Shown here one piece after another: positions 49,506 to 61,917 of a stretch of DNA of 64,000 bases. The notes under the pieces are model-generated. The model saw nothing but the letters and a program-made list of their open reading frames with translations. It searched no databases and was not told the origin of the DNA. The DNA is from Heptranchias perlo (lineage: Eukaryota): the NCBI RefSeq assembly GCF_035084215.1, contig NC_090339.1, forward strand, positions 16,616,001 through 16,680,000, written 5' to 3'. A program made the position numbers and the translations under genes. Numbering within the stretch: position 1 is the stretch's first letter; the number at the start of each line of letters is the position of its first letter.

Positions 49506-50669
49506 CTTACATGTAAATCATGCAGAATCCCCCCCCCCAAAAGAATATCGGCTTTGTACGGTGCAAAGTCAGCAGCAACCAAGGATAAGGAAGGAAAATA
49601 CTGTTAGGAAAAAGCCCAAAGTGCAAAAGTGACAGTCCATGCAGCAGAACCAACTAATGCATGGAGCAAATACAGCATTATGTAATTAAAACTGCAAAAA
49701 AAAAAGATTTTACCAACAACTGAAACTGTCATCTCCCTTTAAGAAGCTTGCTTGAAGTCCCAGGGCTCCCATGGTGCCCAGTTTATATGGGCCAGGTCTA
49801 CGCTGCAGATAGATCCTCACACCCTAAGTCCAAAGATTCGGACTGAGACATGTTTTCAATAATTCATATGCGTTAGTGTGGCCAGCGCATACTAGTAGTG
49901 CAGCCTCATTTATTGGCAGAGAAAGTAGAGGTTCATAAATATAACACAATTGATTCTGTTCATACATAAAAATGGCTTGTTTGATGACATTTTGGCTTTT
50001 GCTTGTTTTAGGTCAAAGTAATGCAGTCAGGCTCATCTAAGAAAAGGCCACGCATAGAGCAAAGTAGGACATGAGCTGTCAGTTGGGGAATTCAACAGGG
50101 AATAAGCAACAAGCCAAGGGCCGATGGGGGAATGAAGGAACATGGAAGAACCTACCGTAATCGCATCCAATCGGGGTTAGCTTTTGTAAAGTTTTTTTCT
50201 TACACTCTAACCAACATCAATCAAAATTCCCACTCTTCTGACAGACAGGCCAGTATAATACATCATTTTATGAGGGTAAAATTCAAAAAAATGAACCAAG
50301 AAAATCACCTGAGGATTAAGTACTTCCTTGTTTCAGAACTTTTTCTAACTTTCTTTAAAAACCGGGAGGTAGATAGACAAAATAATAAACCTGTCAAGCA
50401 CCTCATAATATTTTAGAACTAAATCTTGTCACATGCAGTTTGGCTTTCCTTCGAACTTACATCTTGCTGTGCGCATTCTATATATTTAAGCACCAGAGAA
50501 AAATAAATGTTTATATGATTGGATTGTCAATGTGAAGCTGTTATCACAAGGCTAATCCAGTGCTGGGGTGAATCTCAAAGTTGTTTGATTACAAATAAAA
50601 GTAAGTTGTTTAGTCCTGTATAATTCCTTGTTAAGATCACACCTGGAATACTGTCTGCAGCTTTGAAAC

Positions 50670-50910
50670 TTCTTTACTCAACGTGTGGTAAGAATGTGGA
50701 ACTTGCTACCACAAGGAGGAATTGAGGCAAATAGCATAGATGCATTTAAAGGGAAGCCAGATAAGCTCACTCGGGAGAAAAGAATAGAAGGGTATGCTGA
50801 GAGCTAGATGAAGTAGGGAGGGAGGAGGCTCGTGTGGAGCATAAATGCCAGCATAGACCAGTTGGGCCAAATAGCCTGTTTCTGTGCTGTAGACTTGACG
50901 TAATTCGATG
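50670..50910 (+). mobile_element. CR1 3' end
   Basis: FFTQRVVRMWNLLP followed by the CR1 3'UTR. Confidence 0.8.
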
Positions 50911-50929
50911 TAACCCTAACTCCAAAAAA

Positions 50930-51350
50930 TAAAGAACTTGCATTTATTAAGTGTCTTTCACATCTCAAAGCACTTTCCGTCCAATGAAGTACTATAACTG
51001 TTGTTGTTAGGCAAACACAGCAGCCATATTACACATAGCAAGTTTCCATAAACACTGAATGACCACTCAGTTTATTTTTGGTGATGTTGACTGAGGGAGG
51101 ATGTTTGACCAGGACACAGGGAAAACTCCTTATTCTTCTTTGAATCGTGCCTTGGAATCTTTTAAATCTGCCTGAACCACTGGAACAAACAGAAAGGGCC
51201 TTACTTTAACATCACATCCAAAGAACAGCACCAACAATAATGCAGACTCCCTTAACACTGCACTGAAGCGTCAGCCTAGATTATGTGCTCAAATACCGGA
51301 GTGGGGCCTTCCAACTCAGAAGCAAGAATTCTACTAACTGAGCCCAGCAT
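50930..51350 (-). mobile_element. Deu-type SINE, near full length, diverged
   Basis: Homologous to 53415-53848. Confidence 0.75.
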
Positions 51351-51687
51351 CGGAGAAAGTTCTGAGAAAACTCCCCTAATGTTATATTTCTTTCATCCCA
51401 CCGGCAAATTATTTCAAACATATGTCATTCTTTGATATATTTTCTTTTAATTTGCTTTGTACTAATTTACGTGCATGTCCTATGTTAGTGACTTAATTTA
51501 AAGTAACACTTTGTCATTTTAGTATTAAATAAAGATAAAGGCATCACTGTACACCTCTCCAGTTCCTCTTAGACCCTCTCGAACAGGTTTTATGGAATTA
51601 AAGGAATTATTATTTCAGCAATTACTTGGATGATATATCTTATTGTATAAAATATTTCTGTCTGTATTATGATTTGTCATAGAAAGG

Positions 51688-51952
51688 AATATAGAAACAT
51701 AGAAAATAGGAGCAAGAGTAGGCCATTCGGCCCTTCGGGTCTGCTCCGTCATTCAAAATGATCATGGCTGATCGTCTAACTCAGTACCCTGTTCCCGCTT
51801 TTTCCCCTTGATCCCTTTAGCATTAAGAAATATATCTATCTCCTTCTTGAATATATTTAATGACTTGGCCTCCACTGCCTTCTGTGGTAGAGAATTCCAC
51901 AGATTCACCACCCTCTAAGTGAAGAAATTTCTCCTCATCTTGGTTCTAAATG
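51688..51952 (-). mobile_element. CR1 3' end, near-identical to 40455-40730
   Basis: Direct sequence match including the tail. Confidence 0.9.
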
Positions 51953-52094
51953 ATTTGATTTTAATGGTGTTTAATTTTCAGGTAAAACTAACAAAATACA
52001 AGATTTTTTTAATAATGCCTGCCCTCAATATTATGTAATTAAACGGAAAGTACTTTATTGGAGTATTAGAGGGCTTGTCTCAGGTCTTGTGTAT

Positions 52095-52345
52095 CAGCTT
52101 GGCTCAGCTGGTAATATTGCCGCCTCCAATGCAGAAGGCTGCAGCTTCTAGCCCAACTCCAGGACATAATCCAGGTTGACCATTTTCATACAATATTGAT
52201 GTAGTGCTGCATTGATGGAGATGCTGTTCTTTGGATGAGATGTTAACCTGTCTACCCTGTTCTGCTGGTTCATGTGGCCATTAAATATCCAGTGCCACTA
52301 TTTGAACATGAGCAGCGAGGTGTGCTGGTCCAACATTCTTCCAGA
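52095..52345 (+). mobile_element. Deu-type SINE 5' half, diverged
   Basis: TGGCTCAGCTGGTA A-box-like head and GGATGAGATGTTAA core. Confidence 0.6.
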
Positions 52346-53414
52346 GAACTACATAGAAATTACAACGCAAAAACAGGATATTGCGTCCAAACAGTCGATA
52401 TTGGTGTTTATCCTCTACACAAGCAGTAATCTTATTCATATGTGCCCACTTTCTTCACATATCCTTTATCCTATCTAACCTATTCTTAAATGTTAACATG
52501 GTCCCTGCTTCAATTACTAACTCTGGCAGTGCATTCCACAGCCTCACAATCCTATGTGTAAAAAGGTTTCTCCTGTTCTATCCTAAATCTCTTACATTTA
52601 ATCTCATATTTATGTCCCCTTGTTCTAGACCCATTAACTACTGGAAACAGTCTGTTGCCATCTACGCTGTCCCATCTCTTCGTAATTTTAACTTCTATCA
52701 AATCACCCCATAATCTCCTCCATAGTAATGAAAACATCTCCAATTTTTCAAGTCTTTCTTTATATCTGCATTTCCTCATACCAAGCAGCATCCTAGTGAA
52801 TCTACTCTGTACCCTTTCTATTGTCTCAACATCCTTCCTACAGTATGAATCCCCAAAAGTGCACACAGAACTCCAACTGTGGTAATACTAAGGTTTTATT
52901 TAGATTCACCATTATATTTCATTTTTTTATATTCTGTACCTCTTGCCATAAAACCCAGCATTGTATTAGCTTCTTTTCAAAGACCTTATCCCCTTGAGGT
53001 GCTGCTTTTAATGTCTTATGAACTTGAACCTTCAAATCCCTCTGCTCTTCCACATCACAGAATCTTCCCTCCAATCAAAATATAATTATTACCTTTTTTA
53101 ACCAAAACATATCACCTCACATTTAATGACATTAAATTCCAACTGCCACATTTTTGCCAATTCAACAACTTATCACTACCCCCTTGCAACTTCCTTTGAT
53201 CCTCAGAATTATTTACTATTCCTCCTATTTTGATATCATCAGCAAATTTGGACACGATTCCCTCTAGCCCTACAGAACCTAATTCCAACCACTCTGAGAA
53301 ACTACCCTTAACTCCTATTCTCGTTTCCTCCCTTCTAACCAATTTTTAATCCAGTTTATTACCCTCCCCATAATTCCATACCCCTTAACCTTCTCCAATA
53401 GTCTCCTGTATGGT

Positions 53415-53848
53415 AAGAAAGAACTTGCAGCACTTTTCATGACCTTAGGATGTCCCAAAGTGCTTCACAGCCAATGAAGTACTTTTGAAGTATAGTCACT
53501 GTTGTAATATAAGGAAACGCAGCAGTCAATTTGCGCACAGCAAGGTCCCGCAAACAGCAATGAGATAAATGGCTAAAGAAGCTGTTTTAGTGGCGCTGGT
53601 TGAGTGATGAATGTTCGCAAAGATACTGGGAGAACTCCCCTGCTCATCTTCAAATAGTGCCATGGGATCTTTTATGTCCACCTAAAAGGGCAGACAGGAC
53701 TTTGGTTTAACATTTCAACCAAGGGGCAGCACCTCCAGCACTTCCTCATTACTGCACCGGGACGTTAGCCTTGATTATGTGCTCAAGTCTCTGGAGTGGG
53801 GTAGAGTGAACCCACCCCCTTCTGACTTAGAGGCGAGAATTCTAGCAC
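53415..53848 (-). mobile_element. Deu-type SINE (head tip displaced to ~54970-54985 by a CR1 insertion)
   Basis: Tail, core and tRNA head present. CTGAGCCAAGACTGAC reappears after the CR1. Confidence 0.8.
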
Positions 53849-54968
53849 GAACATACGAACATACGAATTAAGAGCAGGAGTAGGCCATTCAGCCCCTCGA
53901 GCCTGCTCTGCCATTTGATAAGATCATGACCTCAACCCTACTTTCCCGTCTACCTACTATAACATTTGACTCCCTTGTTAATCAGGAATCTATCTAACTC
54001 AGCCTTAAAAATATTCAATGACCCTGCCTCCACCGCTCTCTGGGGAAGGGAATTCCACAGACTCACGACCCTCTGAGAGAAAACATTTCTCCTCATCTCC
54101 GTCTTACATGGGAGACCCCTTATTTTTAATATGTGGCCCCCAGTTCTAGTCTCTCCCACAAGGGGAATCATCCTCTCAGCATCTACCTCTTCAAGTCCCC
54201 TCAGGATCTTATATGTTTCAATAAGATCAAATCTCATTCTTCCAAACTCCAGTGTATACAGGCCCAACTTGTCCAACCTTTCCACATAAGATAAGCCCCT
54301 CATCCCAGGAATCAGTCGAGTGAACCTTCTCTGAACCACCTCTAAAGCATGTCCTTTCTTAAATAAGGAGACCAAAACTGCACACAGTATTCTAGATGTG
54401 GTCTCACCAATGCCCTGTACAACTGTAGCAAAACATCTCTACTTTTATATTCCATTCCCCTTGCAATAAATGACAACATTCCATTTGCCTTCCTAATCAC
54501 TTGCTGTACCTGCATATGAACTTTTTGTGATTCATGTACTAGGACACCCAGATCCCTCTGTACCTCAGAGTTCTGCAATCTCTTTCCATTTAAATAATAT
54601 ACTGCTTTTCTATTCCTCCTGCCAAAGTGGACAAGCTCACATTTTCCCACATTATACTCCATCTGCCAAATTTTTGCCCACTCACTTAACCTATCTATAT
54701 CCCTTTGCAGACTCCTTATGTCCTCTTCACAACTTACTTTCCTACCTACCTTTGTGTGATCAGCAAATTTAGCAACCATACATTCGGTCCCTTCATCCAT
54801 GTCATTGATACAGATTGTAAGTAGTTGAGGCCCAAGCACTGATCCCTGTGGCACTCCACTCGTTACATCTTGCCAACCTGAAAATGACCCATTTATGTCC
54901 ACTCTCCGTTTCCTTTTAGCTAACCAATCCTTTATCCATGCTAATATGTTATCCCCAACACCATGAGC
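53849..54968 (-). mobile_element. Young CR1 LINE, 5'-truncated
   Basis: SGVPQGSVLGP, KFADHTK, LVRPHLEYCVQFWSPY, with one frameshift. (GAACATAC)2 tail. Confidence 0.95.
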
Positions 54969-55607
54969 GCTGAGCCAAGACTGACATTTATGTTAAACTA
55001 ACTGGTCTGTACTGACCTGAGTTAACTGTGTCCCCTTTTTTGAAAATGTGTATCACACTGGCCACTTTCCAGTCCTCCAAAACACATCCACTCTCAATAG
55101 AACCCTGAAATATAATTTCTAGTGCCTCTGCTATTCCGCCATTTCCGTCAGGATCCGAGCATGTATCCCACCAGGTTCGAGCACTTTGGTCTTTATCTTA
55201 ACTAACTTCTCTAATACTTTCCTTTTATTAGTTATCTCTCTCATCTTGCTTTTAACCAATTCAGTGTTTACCTCTGCTCCCAACATCCTTCTCCTTTATA
55301 AACACTGCAGCAAAGTACTTGTTAAGTATCCCCACAATTTCTGTTTATCCTCTACTAACTCACTATCCTCTCCCTTCAGGGGTCCCACCTCACATTTAAC
55401 AATTCTCTTTTTACTGATACATTTGTAGAATACTGTTCTTTTTAATATTTTTTGAGATTCTCTCCTCGTACTCCCTCCTTGCTTTCCTTATCCCTTTCTT
55501 AACCTCTTTCCTTTTTTTTTATATTCTCTCTTACCATTAACATTTCTTTCATAGCTATAGAACCCATATGCCCTCTTCTTCAATGTTAGCTTGTTTCTAA
55601 GCTCTTT

Positions 55608-57271
55608 GGGGGAAAAAAAATTGGATCGAGGCAATTTTTGGGCGCAGGCAGAGTGATGCGCTATTACCCCGCGCCCAGTGACCCCTGCGCAGGCAGGACG
55701 CATGTTTCGGCCATCCTGAGGACTCACCTGCAATCAGCATTCCATTCCAGGCCTTGTACGTGGAATCAATGCAATTCACATTTTTCATCACTGGGGAAGC
55801 TCAATCTCTTAAAGGGAGGATGTTTCTTAGAAATCACTTAAAGGTAGCTGGTACCTGTTATTTGCTGAAAATAACAGTCTACTGTCTGCACGGAGTCTGG
55901 ACGGAGATCAGACATCGTACATGTAAAACACAGATGCAGATCCCATCCCTATGTTTACACACTGATGAGTTATGTTAAAACATTGAATAAAGGTTGCACA
56001 CGACTAAATCCCACATCCTCCAATCTGCATGACAGGCCTCACCAATCTGCCGATCTGAGTTAGTACCAGGCCTGCGAGAGTGCATGCACCAAGGTTCTCT
56101 ACTGATGCACTGGAGACCTTGGTGCAAGAGGTGGACAGAAGGAGGGGCATCCTATATCCACGGGGGTGGGGGGGCAAGAGGCCCTCCAGGCATATGCCCA
56201 AAAGGCAATGGGAGGCAGCGGGGGACGAAGTCAATGCCAGGCACACAGCATCATGAAGATGGATGCAGTGCAGGAAGAAGTTCAATGCTTTGACGTGAGT
56301 GGTCAAGGTGAGTGAGGTCAACTGTCAAGTGGCGTCTCCTCCAACTGCTCCACGCACTACACCCTCCATCCCCCACATACCAACAAACTCTTTCCATCAG
56401 TAATCAACTCTTCCAATCAGATGCTTCCTCTCACCCTTACACATTACCACTGTTTCAAGCCACACACCCACAACTCACAGGATACACACACTGGCAGCTA
56501 TTCAACCATGACAGGCACATCACCCCAGACACACGTCCCGCTTTCTTGCAGGAGAAGGTGGCACATATCAGGAGGCAGCAAGTAGCAGTGACATTTAGCC
56601 CCTCGAGCCTGTTCCACCATTCAGTGAGATCATGGTGGACCTGTGACCTAACTCCACATACCCGCCTTAGCTCCATATCCTTTAATATCCTTGGTTCACA
56701 GAAATCTATCAATCTCAGATTTAACATTCACAAGTGAGCTAGCATCAACTGCCATCTGCAGAAGAGTGTTCCAAACGTCTCCCATCCTTTGCGTGTAGAA
56801 GCATTTCCTAACTTCACTCCTGCACGTCCTGGCTCTAAATGTTAGACTATGTCCCCGTGTCCTATATTTGGAGACCTCCAAAAACAGTTACAAATGTCTC
56901 GGCAGCCAGAAGCAATAATCCAGCCACTAACCTGTAAATTCTGCATGGTTCCTTTAAATAGTGCTGGTGGGGGGGTCCTCCAGGCACTCTAAGACATGTT
57001 CAGATGGTCGGGGTTAAGACTGTGCATTCAGTTAAGAGTTAATTCCCAAAATGGTGTCTATCACTTTAAATCAGCGTTGCTCACTGATTGAAGCCATTTT
57101 CTCCCTACTTTACATGATTCCAGCGTTCGTTATTTGCGCCTGCGCTAACTCCTACACCAAGATGGCATCGGCGCACATTACGTTGCATGCGCATCCAAGA
57201 CACCATCTTGGATGTCGGAGATACTGTGTAGCGCCGAAACAACGGGCGCTGCACGGCCCAATTTAGGGCCC
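55608..57271 (+). mobile_element. Non-autonomous Harbinger-CR1 chimera, copy 3
   Basis: Ends GGGGGAAAAAAAATTGG ... CCAATTTAGGGCCC, TSD TTT/TTT. Inserted into an old CR1 ORF2. Confidence 0.92.
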
Positions 57272-59324
57272 TTTATTTATCCATGATATCCTGAAACTTG
57301 ATGAAGTCTGCTTTTTTAATAGTATGTATTTATTCTGGAACTTTGCAATCTCCTTCTGAAAATTATCCCATTGTTGATCTACAGTCCTTTGTTCCTTCAA
57401 CATTATTGCTACTAATTACCCCACACTTGCAATGCATGCACTTTATCTATTTTTTTGCTCATACTAATGCTGCTTCATTTCCTTTGATATTTTTGTCTAA
57501 GCTAACGCCTCATTGCCTTATCTCAGTCTTTTCCCTACTTAAAACCGGTCAGTTTGATTTTCTTCTTATACTCCCTTTATTCCTTCTGCGTGCTATCCTT
57601 TTGCTAGTTTTGTTTTATTTGTACATTTACGTCATCCATTTCTACCTACTTTTCTTGCTCTTTCTGATTGCTTTTAATTCCGTTTACCCCCTTCCTCCCT
57701 AGCCTAAATGATCTTCACTTGCCTATTTATCTGTTTTGCTAGTTCATTAGCTACCTTCCTCTTTAGATGTAGTCCATCCTTGCAGAATAGCTGCCATCTT
57801 CCCCAGTACCAGTTCCAATGCCCCATAAAATGAAACCTTCTTCCTGAGATCATTCCTTTAAGGATGTGTTGAGCTCCCTAATTTCTATCTTCCCTTCCAA
57901 CGCCACCAAAAACAGATCAACTGGTCATTCATCCTATTTTTGTTCATGAGATCTTGCTGTGTGCAAAATGGGTGCTGTATTGACCCATCGAAAAACAGTC
58001 ACTGCAGTTCAAAGTAATTCACTGAACATGAAGCATTTTGAGATTGATAACATGCTGTGTCTTTCTTTTTTGTATGCACATTTAGCATGGGTGTGTTGAA
58101 ATACTGAAGGGCTCTGAATGTCTTTGGGGCCTGGGGTATAATGGGTGGAAGACGAATTGGGCGCAAAAGGCCATTCAAGCACGGAAAATCAGGCGAGACA
58201 CAGAAACAGCAGATCTCCGCCCAGAAGCCGAGGCAAAACAATTTTCCATTGGGAGCTGGGGTGGGAGGAACTTCCATCTGCACCAACCACGGCCCCTGAT
58301 GTAACAAGAAGGCAGGCCGTCAGGACGATATCCCCCCCTCCAAGAATTCCCGGGAAGAACCCAGCATCCAGGTCATTTCAGGGACTGAAGTAGGGCGCAC
58401 CTGAATGTCCAGGCCTGGATACCCTTCGAAAATACCGAAAAGCTCAGGGTTATTAACCGTGTTATAAAGGGGGCTATTAGACGCCTTACAAAAAAACTTT
58501 TGAGTCGCTGGCGCCACCTGGCCCCTCAATTATCCTGCCAGAACTGCCTCTACCACTCCCCCTTTAACGGGCATCCAAATGGGTGCAGGCACTCGTCAAA
58601 AATATTCAAATGCTGTGACGCTGCCCGAGCCCAATATACTCCAATGAGGGTCAGGAGCAGAGATCAGAGGTGGAATGTGCCACCCGCTCTACCACACTTA
58701 CGCCAGTACAGAGGGCTCAAGGACTTTCGGGGCCCTGACCATCATATTAATAGTGACCAACTAACATTTTACATCATACAGTGCAATGCTGGTAATTTGC
58801 AATGACAGCCCGGCAAATATTCTGCCTGTGGTCGTAAGCCACCTGTGTGGTGCCTTCAACTGTAAGTGCTCTCAACAACACCATACAAGCATGCCATTAT
58901 GCAGCCTGCTGCTATGTGTTTAACCTGAATACACCTGACATGCATAATTCATATGTTTTATTGTCAACTTTGCATATTATTTCTGGTGAAAATTAATAGA
59001 GAAAGCTGGTACCTTGTATTAATTAAAATAGAAAGCAGATGCTCCTGAATTGAGGTCATTCAGGTGATGACAGACTACAGTGTACAGCGCACAAGATGTT
59101 TGTCACAAAGCATCTGTTTCCAGACCAACATGAAATAGCACAAAGCGTACCACAAAAGATGCATTAAGAAAAGTGACCTACTTTCCAATTGATCAAGCGC
59201 CTCATTTTTTCAGACAGTTGGATTTTCATGTTTCTCTACATTAGAGAATGCAAGCAATAAATGGTTTACAGGTATAAGTGCAACAAGATATTTGTGTATA
59301 CTGTAAACGTCTATAAAATTCCTT

Positions 59325-59905
59325 ATAAAACCTTTAGAAAACACTGGATCGGCCTCAGATGGAGTATTGTGTTCAATTCTGGGCACCACACTTTAGGAAG
59401 GGTGTCGAGGCCTTAGAGAGGGTGCAGAGAGATTTACTAGAATGGTACCAGGGATGAGGGACTTCAGTTAGGTGGAGAGACTGGAGAAACTGGGGTTGTT
59501 CTCCGAAGAACAGAAGGTTGGGGGAGATTTGATAGAGGTGTTCGAAATCATGAATGGTTTTGAGAGCAAATAAAAAGAAACCGTTTCCAATGGCAGAAGG
59601 GTCGGTAACCAGAGGACACAGATTTAAGGTGATCAGCAAAAGAGCCAGAGGCAACACGAGGAAACGTTTTTTTACGCAGTGAGTTATAACAATCTGGAAT
59701 GCACTGCCTGAAAGGGTGGTGGAAGCAGATTCAATAGTAACTTTCAAAAGGGAATTGGATAAATAGTTGAACGGAAAAAATTTACAGGGCTATGGGGAAA
59801 GAGCAGGGGAGTGGGACTAATTGGATACCTCTTTCAAGGAGCTGGCACAAGCACAATGGGCTGAATGGTCTCCTTCTGTGCTGTACCCACTATGATACAA
59901 TGATA
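59325..59905 (+). mobile_element. CR1 LINE, 5'-truncated
   Basis: EYCVQFWAPHFRK, TRGHRFK and the CR1 3'UTR. Confidence 0.9.
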
Positions 59906-60449
59906 CTATTCCCACTCCATTTGTTTTTCCTCTGCTTTTCAATGCGAGAGATGTCAGTGTGGAGCAATGGGATGTTTTTCCACGTTATGCTGACTCAGTA
60001 TCAATGACATGCATTCCTAGCACCAGCTGGACATAATGTTCCTTCTGCACTGCCCCAACAATGTGCTGTAAGGCTGACCGGAGAAGAATATCCTTTATTG
60101 AACCAGTGTGACATTTCCTTTTCCCACCCCTAACATCCTTATGACCATTTCTGAGAAAGACACTAATTCAACACTGAATAGTACTGAATTATGGGCTGTT
60201 CTGTGCTCTGGACTCACACCGAATAGGAACTGCATTGAGATTTTCACTTATGACTCCTACAGCTGACAAAGAGGGACTTAATTCTATCATTGCAGGGTAG
60301 ATTTCAGCTTATGTCTCAGAGATGACAAAAATACTCGATCACTGCTGTAGAACCTGATAAAGGTTCAGGTGAAAAGAGATCCGTGGGTATTGGTAGATTT
60401 GGCACTTAACAGTCAAATCACTCTACATCTGCATGACACATTGCTGAAG

Positions 60450-60850
60450 TATATTGTTAAATCTGTACAATAAAAATTGGAGGATGTTCTGGTGAAACAG
60501 CACAGACTGCATCTTGAGTACTGTGCTCAGTTTTAGTCATTAAGAAACAAGGAAAACATTCAAGCCTGGAGAGGCATGAAGACTGTTGTATATGGAAGAC
60601 TGGAGACTTTGATAAACTGGGGAGGGGACCTTATAGAAGTACACGAGATATTAAACAGTATGGAAAAGGAAATCTGGAGATCCCACTTAAGGTAAACTGC
60701 AACAGTAGGACAAGGGGACATAGGTTCAAAATAATGAAAGGTCAGTTTAGGTCAGATATCAGGAAGAATTTCAACAATAATCAACACTGAGAATAGATTT
60801 CGCAGCAAGGTAACAAAGGTAAAAACTTTAGAATCATTCACGAGCCAGTG
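60450..60850 (+). mobile_element. Old CR1 fragment
   Basis: Degenerate HLEYCAQF, RGDLIEV and RTRGHRFK. Confidence 0.65.
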
Positions 60851-60957
60851 CTTGCTGTGATGGGGGGTTTGTAGATTTTTCTTTCTGGATGGTTCAGCTA
60901 AAAGGGTGGAATGTCTTTCATTGTTTGTATTGATCATGAAATCTTTCAAAAAGGTTG

Positions 60958-61052
60958 TGGGGGTCATTTTAATGTTTGGCAATGGTATCAAATAGGAGAT
61001 ATTGGATCGGCTGCCCATTATACGCCCAGCCCGATTTCCCTTTCCATTGATA
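60958..61052. mobile_element. Half of a palindromic MITE (same type as 463-640)
   Basis: GGGGGTCATTTT...ATATTGGATCGGCTGCCCATTATAC...CCCGATTTCCCTTTCCATTGA. Confidence 0.55.
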
Positions 61053-61917
61053 TCAAATTATTAAAATAATTAAAGTTATCCCCAGTGTCTTCCCCAGCTG
61101 TTATTAGGACCGTACTTTCTAAGGCTAACTTTGTCAGTTCATCAATCAAAAACTGAACAATTTATAGCATTCTAAAGTCTTTCCTAAAATGACCCTTATA
61201 TGCAAAAACATGTTTTAATTAATGGAATGTAATAAAACAAACATTGCTGTATTTAATTACTGTAGAGATGTCATTTAGCCTGGTAGGCATGACCAGACAT
61301 GTAGGCCGCAGTCTGACACCCCACAGTCCCAGTCACATTCACACAATGTGATTTATTGGAAATGTTCATTGAAAAGGATCACTTACTCTGCCTTGCTCGT
61401 CATATAACCTGCTGCATTTGTTTGGAAATGTTTGGCCATCAGAAACACTTGCTCACCCAGGGACGACCTTATTAACAGGGTTATACTGTATAAATTTAGC
61501 AAAATGTATTACCTGCACAGTGGCGTGCTTTATTTTGTTGTTTCAGAATGCATTTTGTGCTACATTTGCATTCAAATCACCAACACTGAACCTCGAAATA
61601 TGTTAATATAAACGATCCTTCTGTATATACTGATAGTACTACTTCCTCATAGTTAACTCTTGATCAGCAACTGACAAACATGAAATGATTAAATTACTGT
61701 AATTAATCCTACAATGTAGTCGTGATGATGATTCCATGACACAGAGCGCGCTGGTTGTCAGCATCCACCATGACACCCGTCGCATTGAGCATCAGAATAG
61801 AATTAACTCTAAATTATAAACTATAATAATAGATATCATGGGAGTAACTTCTCAGATGTAATATCAACCCATAGCTCAATTGATGCTGATAAATTGTTCA
61901 AGCTTTGCTATTGAGCT

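Larger units (their letters stand above)
52350..57900 (-). mobile_element. Old long CR1 in pieces (52350-53414, ~54990-55607, 57272-~57900)
   Basis: ERVQSRFTRM, SKFADD, PYRRLLEK and YRPVSLT in the correct order, plus WINKELRNK across the chimera insertion. Confidence 0.75.

Noticed and set aside
58140-58830. CpG island or promoter
   Set aside because: Composition resembles the GC-rich MITE interiors elsewhere in the window, but I could not define TIRs, so it is left uncalled
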